NCBI GenBank assembly: GCA_947489425.1
Contig: CANLDL010000005.1
Coordinates: 90,361-154,360, forward strand
Length of the DNA stretch: 64,000 nucleotides
Direction: 5' to 3'
Origin: an uncultured Pseudomonadales bacterium
Lineage (GTDB): Bacteria > Pseudomonadota > Gammaproteobacteria > Pseudomonadales > Cellvibrionaceae
The translations under genes were made by a program, and so were the position numbers. Positions 9,801 to 16,772 of this stretch are shown in pieces (the stretch's first letter is position 1; each line of letters starts with the position of its first letter). The notes beneath the pieces were generated by a model that did no database searches, was not told where the DNA came from, and saw nothing but the letters and a program-made list of their open reading frames with translations.

Positions 9801-10872
9801 ACATATACAAGCGGGTAGCTTAAGCCAGAGCTATAACCGCTATAGCTATGTGATGAATAACCCAATGAAGTATACCGACCCCAGTGGGTTCTTTTTTAAG
9901 AAGTTGCGTAAAAAAATAAAACGCGCCTTTAACAAGATTAAAGATCGTGCTGTAAGGCGACATAAAAGCTTAGATAAACGGCTTAGGCCTTATGCGGGGT
10001 TAATTGTCGGTGTCGTTGTCGGCATATTCTGTCAGGTTTGTGGAGGAGCTATTATTAAAGGAGCTATTGTTGGTGCAGCCTCAGGCGCTGTAACGGCGGC
10101 GGCTACCGGAGGTAATATATTGCAGGGGGCGTTAATAGGAGCGTTCACTGGTGCTGTATCTGGTTATATTGGTGGGGCTGATAAAATATTTGGTAAAGCA
10201 CGCCCCTTTGATATTGGGCGATCATTGGCCCATGGCGTAGTTGGCGGTACTGTGAATGTGATTAGGGGCGGTAAATTTGGTGCAGGTTTTATTAGCTCTG
10301 CTTTTACCAAGTTTGTATCCAGTCCAATACAAGGCTACGCTGAAGGTTTTGCGGGTGCAGCAGGTGGCTTTTCTGATGTAATTGGAGCAACAGTAGCAGC
10401 GCTTGTGGGTGGTACAGCCTCTGTATTGGGTGGCGGTAAGTTTGCCAATGGTGCGCAGACGGCGGCTATACAGTATTTGTTGAATCAGGCATCTGATAGA
10501 TTAAAGCAAGCGAAGAAGAATCCTTTTTTTCTAGATAAAAAAGATGCCTTAGTAGTTACAAAATTTTTCTTTCCAAAACTTGCCAAATCGTTAACTATTG
10601 ATCAGGTCAATGGTGAAGGTATTACTCTTTCTAATAAATTAATCCTAGATGCAAATGAAATTGACAGTGTCTCAGATATAGTAGGCAATGCTGGCCCTGG
10701 CCGATTACAAGTTACTCTTTCTGTTATTGCAAGAAATTTTGTAAAAAATGGGATTACAGGTTTATTTAAGCCATTGACTTTAGAAGAGAAGTTAGTTTCA
10801 TTTAGTGCGCCTGCTAGAAACGGCGCTAAAACTATTAATAGAACATTGCTTAATAAAGCCTTTGGGATATAA
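3838..10872 (+). CDS. Giant polymorphic toxin: signal peptide + SpvB domain + 8 FG-GAP/VCBS-like repeats + TcdB middle region + RHS/YD-repeat shell + RHS core + variable C-terminal cargo (TcB-TcC fusion-like)
   Basis: Signal-like [24 protein letters not shown]. SpvB-type motif [34 protein letters not shown]. Eight 61-aa repeats carry [12 protein letters not shown]. TcdB-mid-like [26 protein letters not shown]. Many YD repeats (YDALGRE, YDEFGRK, YDILGRL, YDSLGRP). RHS core is [16 protein letters not shown]...[11 protein letters not shown], with the D codon at 9877. Confidence 0.93.
   Translation: [2344 protein letters not shown]
4765..6201 (+). repeat. In-frame tandem array of about 7.85 x 183-bp units (61-aa FG-GAP-like blades) inside the toxin gene
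   Basis: Unit starts at 4765, 4948, 5131, 5314, 5497, 5680, 5863 and 6046, exactly 183 bp apart. Consensus: [61 protein letters not shown]. Confidence 0.95.
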
Positions 10873-10885
10873 GGTGTAATATTAA

Positions 10886-11356
10886 ATGAAGAGAATACTT
10901 TTGTTTTTGTTGGTATTTATTGCTTGTTATTCGGCTCTTTTTACATATCAATTAACTTCTGCACATCCTTATAGATTAATTTATGCGGTTGTTTATGGTA
11001 ACTGGAATGGTGGCTCAGGTTTGTTGCGCTTGCCTTTTAGGCAAGAAATTATTGAGTTTTATTTTAATAGTGTAGATATTAAAAGGTTTGAGGGTTTAGA
11101 AAGTTTTGAGTTTTTTCCATATACAATATTATCTTTTAGGGATGATCTTAAACATAATAATTCTTATCAGAAAAACCTTGAAAATGTAGTAGTTATTTTT
11201 ATTTCAAGAGGCATGAATATTGATAAGAGAGACGGAAATGGTTGTACTTCATTAGAACTTTCAAAGATTTTTAAAGACTCTGTGTCTGAAAGATTTCTAC
11301 TTATGAAAGGAGCATCTTCTTTTGAAGGAAAAGAAAGTTTTTGTAGGATCGAATGA
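10886..11356 (+). CDS. Candidate cognate immunity protein: N-terminal membrane anchor or signal plus ankyrin-like repeat
   Basis: Starts 13 nt after the toxin stop, on the same strand. It shares the AT-rich composition of the last ~380 nt of the toxin gene. Hydrophobic N-terminus ILLFLLVFIACYSALF. GMNIDKRDGNGCTSLELS matches the ankyrin core pattern G-x-D/N-I/V-N-x-x-D-x-x-G-x-T-x-L. Confidence 0.55.
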   Translation: MKRILLFLLVFIACYSALFTYQLTSAHPYRLIYAVVYGNWNGGSGLLRLPFRQEIIEFYFNSVDIKRFEGLESFEFFPYTILSFRDDLKHNNSYQKNLENVVVIFISRGMNIDKRDGNGCTSLELSKIFKDSVSERFLLMKGASSFEGKESFCRIE

Positions 11357-11467
11357 TTGGAAAAAATAAGTAGGGTCAGATTAGAGTACCCTGACTTTCT
11401 CCGGCACTCAAAATAGTAGACAATATTATTATTGGGAATGATCTATGTATAAAAGAAATAATAATGG

Positions 11468-11642
11468 AATAATTGGGGTCAGATAAGTATTAACTTTTGA
11501 ATGTTATTCTAAAAACTGTTAGATTTAATTCCCGTCATCAGTTACAAGGAGAGAACGACGGCACGACTTCCTCGCCTGTAAATAATTGGGGTCAGATAAG
11601 CATTTAATTTTTGAGTGTATTTCTAAAAATTATTAAATCTAA
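11468..11642. repeat. Two ~62-bp direct repeats, 113 bp apart, in the non-coding tract after the immunity gene
   Basis: 11468..11529 and 11581..11642 both begin AATAATTGGGGTCAGATAAG and continue roughly 80 percent identical by eye (..TTTTGA.TGT.TTCTAAAAA..TTA.AT.TAA). A third GGGTCAGATTAG core lies at 11373..11384. Confidence 0.8.
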
Positions 11643-12019
11643 AATGGCTCAACTTCATCGCTTGTGTCCGTCAGGTATGCCACATAATTAATGGGGCAAG
11701 AGTATTTTTAACAAAATGCCTATACCTAATAACTGGCGTAGACGTGTAGTGGTAAAAATTGTTTTTACTGATGCTATCATGTCATTAACCTCAAAGTGAT
11801 AATGCTTTAGGGATAAAAAAGACTACTTACAGTATTGCTGATATTTTGTGTTTAGACGTGATAAATGTATATTGATTACGAATTTTTTGGGGTAGAAACA
11901 TAACATAAAACAGCACTTATAAGAATAGGCACTGCTTTTAGTTTATGGATGTGTAAAAGTGAAAAGAATAGAGTAGGTGGCAGGTGAGGTATTAACTGAA
12001 AGGTGCGCAATAAAGCGTG

Positions 12020-12808
12020 CTAATCATAGACATTTTTTTTCTTCCACTCATCACTTTCTTCGAACTCGCTCCATTCATCATTGTCGTCGTCATTGGGCTT
12101 TAATTCTGCTTTGGCTATGCCAGCAGCTTCCTCTTCTTCTCTCATCAGTTCTTCTAGTCGTGCTAATTCTTCATCGATATAACTTAGGTTATCCTTTTGG
12201 CTGCTGGCTAAGCCCTCTTTAGTGATCATATCTTTAGCAAGTGTAAAGTAATGGGCTGCGAGCTTATGCTTTTTGATCTCGATGGATTTTCGGGCCGAGA
12301 GCATATAATTATCGACCATGAGCTTAGCGGCCAAATTTTTTAGGCTATTTTTATAGCTACTATATTGCTTTTCGCTCAAGTTACCACGCTGTAGCCATTT
12401 TTGTAGAAAGCGGCCAAGGTAATTAAGGTATTGCCTGATTTCGTTAATTTGGCTGGTAGTTTGTAGGCGTACCTCATTGGCGTTAGCAGGCTGGCGTACA
12501 ATATTTTCCATTGCTGTTGTATACAGAGTAAATTGATCCAAAAATTCAGGGCGATCGGGCTCTAATTTACTGAGTTGTTCAAATACATCGACAATACAGC
12601 GATGCAAAAATAACGATAAGTCCTTGGGTAAAAAGTGAGGCGGAAAGGCATTAAGCATTTGTAATAGTTCTTTTGAGCGCTTTTCAAGAGCATTAAATAG
12701 GCGTGCTTTCTCACGCTTCTTCTTGACGATAGTCTGCTTAATAAAGATATAGCAGATCAGCGCGCAGGTTAGGAGTATAAGTCCAATAATGATATATACG
12801 GCAGTCAT
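12020..12808 (-). CDS. Hypothetical membrane-anchored protein with acidic C-terminal tail
   Basis: 262 aa. One N-terminal helix (VYIIIGLILLTCALICYIFI), a helical body, and a C-terminus EEEEAAGIAKAELKPNDDDNDEWSEFEESDEW. No family recognised. Confidence 0.6.
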   Translation of the reverse strand: MTAVYIIIGLILLTCALICYIFIKQTIVKKKREKARLFNALEKRSKELLQMLNAFPPHFLPKDLSLFLHRCIVDVFEQLSKLEPDRPEFLDQFTLYTTAMENIVRQPANANEVRLQTTSQINEIRQYLNYLGRFLQKWLQRGNLSEKQYSSYKNSLKNLAAKLMVDNYMLSARKSIEIKKHKLAAHYFTLAKDMITKEGLASSQKDNLSYIDEELARLEELMREEEEAAGIAKAELKPNDDDNDEWSEFEESDEWKKKNVYD

Positions 12809-13055
12809 AAGTTATTTGCTGTGTTGTTATTGGCGCCTACGCCAATAGTTGTATAAATAAATAGGCCTATTAAAGAGTATAGACGGTATTTCAGAAGTCA
12901 CTGATTTCTTACACAAAAGTCTCTCCTGGCTGAGGTGCTAGAGGTATTTCCGCTAGTCTGTTGTCTAAAAATAGTACTTTTTAAGCGAAGATTGGTGAAT
13001 TTTAAGACAGGTTTAATTTTATTAGCATTTGCTAAAGAGTTTTTGTCTTAAAGTA

Positions 13056-13084
13056 TTGACAGTTAGGGCCGTGATACATAGAAT
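13056..13084 (+). promoter_or_regulatory. Sigma-70 promoter of the tRNA-Glu/tRNA-Gly operon
   Basis: TTGACA (13056..13061), 17-nt spacer, TAGAAT (13079..13084), then a GC-rich discriminator GCGCACC. The upstream flank is AT-rich (UP-element-like). This layout is typical of stable-RNA promoters. Confidence 0.7.
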
Positions 13085-13124
13085 GCGCACCTCTTCTGGC
13101 AACAGCCTTGTTGTCAGAGTCCAG

Positions 13125-13200
13125 GTCCCCTTCGTCTAGTGGCCTAGGACACCGCCCTTTCACGGCGGTAACAGGGGTTCGAACCCCCTAGGGGACGCCA
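13125..13200 (+). tRNA. tRNA-Glu (anticodon UUC)
   Basis: 76 nt, GTCCCCTTCGTCTAGTGGCCTAGGACACCGCCCTTTCACGGCGGTAACAGGGGTTCGAACCCCTAGGGGACGCCA. Cloverleaf with anticodon loop CTTTCAC and encoded CCA. Nearly identical to the E. coli tRNA-Glu sequence as I recall it. Confidence 0.97.
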
Positions 13201-13237
13201 TTTTTTGTGTTTTTATAAGCCTTAAATGGTATCAAAT

Positions 13238-13312
13238 GCGGGAATAGCTCAGTGGTAGAGCACAACCTTGCCAAGGTTGGGGTCGCGAGTTCGAGCCTCG
13301 TTTCCCGCTCCA
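13238..13312 (+). tRNA. tRNA-Gly (anticodon GCC)
   Basis: 75 nt, GCGGGAATAGCTCAGTGGTAGAGCACAACCTTGCCAAGGTTGGGGTCGCGAGTTCGAGCCTCGTTTCCCGCTCCA. Anticodon loop TTGCCAA, T-loop GTTCGAGC, encoded CCA. Confidence 0.97.
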
Positions 13313-13318
13313 ATTTTT

Positions 13319-13346
13319 AAAAAGCCTGCTTTTTAGCAGGCTTTTT
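13319..13346 (+). terminator. Rho-independent terminator of the tRNA operon
   Basis: AAAGCCTGCT / AGCAGGCTTT stem with a TTTT loop, followed by a T-run. Confidence 0.85.
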
Positions 13347-13442
13347 AGTATCTACGATTTATTGCTAATATCACTTAGTCATTTTGCCTTATTATAATGC
13401 AGTAAAATGAGTCATCTAAACATTTGATTGGCAACATCGATT

Positions 13443-13835
13443 ATGCGCTTCTTATATCTTTTTCTAATAATAGTCTCAATCAAAAGTTATGCAGGGTTCG
13501 ATGAGTTCCAGTGTACTGTCAAACACTCGGTATTGGTTGATCAGCAAGGTAGGCTGATCGATCAACAAAGGCATCAAACACTGATTGATAGAGTTTTTCG
13601 TGTTAACAAGAATACAGGGGCAATAACCGGTGCCTTTGTAACAGATGGGGTGAAAACACAGCCATCCATTATTGACTATGGCTCTGAAGGTCAGCCTTTC
13701 AAAGTACTTATCCCCTATTATCCGGAGACCACGGTGGATTTTTTGTTAATTCATTCCTATGTGGATAATCCCAAAAAGCCGTTTACGTTTCTGACACTAG
13801 ATTCTATTTTTACAGGCCTATGCTCTGATGAGTAA
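13443..13835 (+). CDS. Hypothetical secreted protein (ORFan)
   Basis: ATG 13443 gives MRFLYLFLIIVSIKSYAG, a signal-peptide-like N-terminus. The ORF track starts at TTG 13428. Two Cys residues, one near each end of the mature part. No family recognised. Confidence 0.45.
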   Translation: MRFLYLFLIIVSIKSYAGFDEFQCTVKHSVLVDQQGRLIDQQRHQTLIDRVFRVNKNTGAITGAFVTDGVKTQPSIIDYGSEGQPFKVLIPYYPETTVDFLLIHSYVDNPKKPFTFLTLDSIFTGLCSDE

Positions 13836-13940
13836 CAGAGTGTAGTAGAGTATGCTTATTCTTTCGTTAGAGACGTATAATGTATATTGTTTGAATAATC
13901 ACTATTTACATATAAATTAATTCATAATAATGAGGTAAAA

Positions 13941-14297
13941 ATGCTTGATTCTGCTTTAGCGGGTACTTCCTTGGGGCAATTGAGCCTGACCGAGATAGGT
14001 GTGCTTGTGTTTATCACAGTGTATTTCTTTAGTGGTTTGGCACTGATGTTTTGCATACAAAAGCCAGTAAATTCATTAATAGCGAGCGAGCCCGATGAAT
14101 ATAAGCACGCTATTGGCGATGTGTTTTCTATTATGACTTGGAAGGCAATCCCTTTTGCTTATTATTTAGCATCTGGCAACTACGCAAAACGTATTCAATC
14201 TCAGCAGACTATTGAGCAATTTAAAATCTCGATGTGGGTTGCCCGTGTACAATTATTTTGTTTGGTGGCTTTTTGCCTATGTTTGTTTAGCCGTTAA
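13941..14297 (+). CDS. Hypothetical small membrane protein (ORFan)
   Basis: 118 aa, RBS-like GAGG 7 nt upstream, with hydrophobic segments near both ends. No family recognised. Confidence 0.45.
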   Translation: MLDSALAGTSLGQLSLTEIGVLVFITVYFFSGLALMFCIQKPVNSLIASEPDEYKHAIGDVFSIMTWKAIPFAYYLASGNYAKRIQSQQTIEQFKISMWVARVQLFCLVAFCLCLFSR

Positions 14298-14332
14298 ACA
14301 TATATAGCCAAAAGGGAGTGGAGGGGTAAAAG

Positions 14333-14620
14333 ATGTATGCTGTTCTTGTAAAGTTCGAAGTAAAATTAGGCTCTGAAAATACGTTTAAGCCATTGATGCT
14401 TAAACAAGCAGAGAACAGCCTCAAGCTAGAGCCCGAATGCCATTATTTTGATGTCAGCCAAGATGATGACTCTCCTAATTTCTTTTATCTCTATGAACTT
14501 TATACTAGCCGGGCTGCGTTTAATGAACACTTAGAAAGTAATCACTTTTTAAGTTTTATCGATGCTGTGAGTGATATTTTGCTCGATAAAGTGATTCTTA
14601 CCGGTAACCGCATTAATTAA
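14333..14620 (+). CDS. Antibiotic-biosynthesis-monooxygenase (ABM) / putative quinol monooxygenase family protein
   Basis: 95 aa with ferredoxin-like-fold signatures: ...EPECHYFDV...FYLYELYTSRAAFNEHLESNHF. Size and pattern match YgiN-like ABM proteins. Confidence 0.7.
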   Translation: MYAVLVKFEVKLGSENTFKPLMLKQAENSLKLEPECHYFDVSQDDDSPNFFYLYELYTSRAAFNEHLESNHFLSFIDAVSDILLDKVILTGNRIN

Positions 14621-14754
14621 AAAATATTCACGACCATATATCATTAAATTTTATACAGCTTGCTGGCTATACAGCATATTTGTTAGCTTATTTATTTTAG
14701 CTAAAAAATAGGGTAGGGTTGTTTGACTATTTTTCTGTAGGATAACAGCTCTAT

Positions 14755-15231
14755 ATGACGACTCATACCACTCCTAATACAACTACCTTATCTACAAAAA
14801 AACCACAAGAAACCACTAGTAAGTCAAGGACAGGTGCTTGTCTTTGTGGGCAGGTAAGCTACGAGATTAAAGACGATATGGGCATCTTCCAGTATTGTCA
14901 TTGCTCGCGTTGCCGTAAGTTTACCGGTAGTGCTCATGCCTCTAATTTATTTGTAAAACCCAGCGATTTTACATGGCTAACAGGTAGCGAGTTTGTTGGT
15001 CGTTATAACCCACCGGATACTAAGTATTTTGCGACTGCTTTTTGTAAGGTGTGTGGTAGCTCCTTACCATGGGATAGTAAAGGCGGAAAAGTTATTGTAA
15101 TTCCCGCGGGTACACTTGGTGAAGATCCAGAGGTTCGGCCTCAATGGAATGTGTTTTGCGACTCCAAGGCCCCTTGGTATATTTCTCCAGATGAACTCCC
15201 TCAGCATGAACAATTACCTCCCCGAAAATAG
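14755..15231 (+). CDS. GFA (glutathione-dependent formaldehyde-activating / CENP-V) family protein
   Basis: Zinc-binding Cys pattern CLCG...CHCSRCRK...FCKVCGSSL, typical of the GFA family. Confidence 0.8.
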   Translation: MTTHTTPNTTTLSTKKPQETTSKSRTGACLCGQVSYEIKDDMGIFQYCHCSRCRKFTGSAHASNLFVKPSDFTWLTGSEFVGRYNPPDTKYFATAFCKVCGSSLPWDSKGGKVIVIPAGTLGEDPEVRPQWNVFCDSKAPWYISPDELPQHEQLPPRK

Positions 15232-15279
15232 ATTGATGTTTTTCTTTTATATAAATGAATAAAAATAAGGAATAACTTA

Positions 15280-16749
15280 ATGGAAGAATTGCGTGATATA
15301 GAATTAATGGTTAAAAAAGGCGTATCCTTAATTGCTATAGAATCCTATGAAGAGCCTCGGGTATTAGAGTTATGCACACGTTTAGCGGTTAAAACTTACA
15401 GAACATTGCACCGGTGGACGAGTACCGATGGCCTTGTTAAAAATGCATCCACACATTTAGTGGCCTCTCCACAATTCCAAAAGCCCGATGAATTACTCAC
15501 CTCTATTCGGCAACGCAGCGAAGTCGGTATCTATGTACTATGTGATTTTCACAGTTATTTTGATGAGCCAAATGTTGTTCGAGCGTTAAAAGATATTGTA
15601 CTTTATGGCGCGGAGGGTGTGACTGTTATATTGACGAGTCATCAGCTCACATTACCGCCAGAAATTCAACGTTATGCCTCGCACTTTAAATTGAGTTTTC
15701 CTTCCGAAGAAAAAATACGGCAAATTATTTTAGAGGAGGCCAGTGCTTGGCAAAAAAGCAATAATGGTCGGCAAGTTAAAACCGACAGTAAAACCCTTGA
15801 CCTGTTAGTGAGTAATCTTCGAGGTTTGACTGAGAGTGATGTTAAGCATTTGGTACGTGGTGCAATCATTGTTGATGGTGCGATCACTACCAGTGATTTG
15901 TCTGAGGTTAATAAGTCGAAGTTTGAGCTTATGAATATGAATAATATTCTCAGCTATGAATATGATACGACACGCTTTGCCGATGTAGGTGGTTTGCAAG
16001 GTTTAAAAAGCTGGTTGGCAGAGCGTAAAGAGAGTTTTGTTAGGGATGATGATAAGCTTGATAGTCCAAAAGGCTTGATGCTATTGGGCGTGCAAGGTGG
16101 CGGTAAAAGTTTGGCTGCCAAAGCGATTGCTGGGCTTTGGCATGTACCGCTGTTACGCTTAGATATGGCGGCCTTATATAATAAATACCATGGTGAGACC
16201 GAGCGTAATTTACGTGAGACACTCCAGCTTGCCGATAATGTTGCTCCCTGCGTTTTATGGATGGATGAGATAGAGAAGTCTTTAGGGCAATCCGATAACG
16301 AAGGCATTGCTCAACGTGTGTTAGGCACATTGCTCACTTGGATGGCTGAGCGTACAAGCCGTGTTTTTATTGTTGCCACCAGTAACGATATTACTCGTCT
16401 ACCTCCAGAGCTTGTCCGTAAAGGGCGATTGGATGAAATCTTCTTTGTTGACCTGCCTAATGCAGCCGATCGTGCAGGCATTGTTGCTATTCATCTTAAG
16501 AAGCGGGAGCTAATGCTTAATGATGAAGAAATAAATACGGTTGCTAAAGCGGCAGAGGGCTTTACTGGCGCAGAGATCGAACAAGCTATTGTGTCATCAC
16601 TGTATACGGCGCGAGCAAATAAGGAGACGTTTTCGGGGGCTCATTTATTAATGGCAATAAACTCTACTGTCCCTATTTCTGTTACACGTGCGGAATCTAT
16701 ACATTACCTGAGGGATTGGGCGAGTAGCCGGGCAGTACTTGCCAATTAG
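15280..16749 (+). CDS. AAA+ ATPase with a ~230-aa N-terminal domain lacking a Walker A motif (Ycf46-like architecture)
   Basis: Walker [14 protein letters not shown], Walker [11 protein letters not shown], second region of homology [22 protein letters not shown] saw no P-loop in the N-terminal half. Confidence 0.85.
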   Translation: MEELRDIELMVKKGVSLIAIESYEEPRVLELCTRLAVKTYRTLHRWTSTDGLVKNASTHLVASPQFQKPDELLTSIRQRSEVGIYVLCDFHSYFDEPNVVRALKDIVLYGAEGVTVILTSHQLTLPPEIQRYASHFKLSFPSEEKIRQIILEEASAWQKSNNGRQVKTDSKTLDLLVSNLRGLTESDVKHLVRGAIIVDGAITTSDLSEVNKSKFELMNMNNILSYEYDTTRFADVGGLQGLKSWLAERKESFVRDDDKLDSPKGLMLLGVQGGGKSLAAKAIAGLWHVPLLRLDMAALYNKYHGETERNLRETLQLADNVAPCVLWMDEIEKSLGQSDNEGIAQRVLGTLLTWMAERTSRVFIVATSNDITRLPPELVRKGRLDEIFFVDLPNAADRAGIVAIHLKKRELMLNDEEINTVAKAAEGFTGAEIEQAIVSSLYTARANKETFSGAHLLMAINSTVPISVTRAESIHYLRDWASSRAVLAN

Positions 16750-16772
16750 GAGCTAAGGAGCTATCCGGGTGA

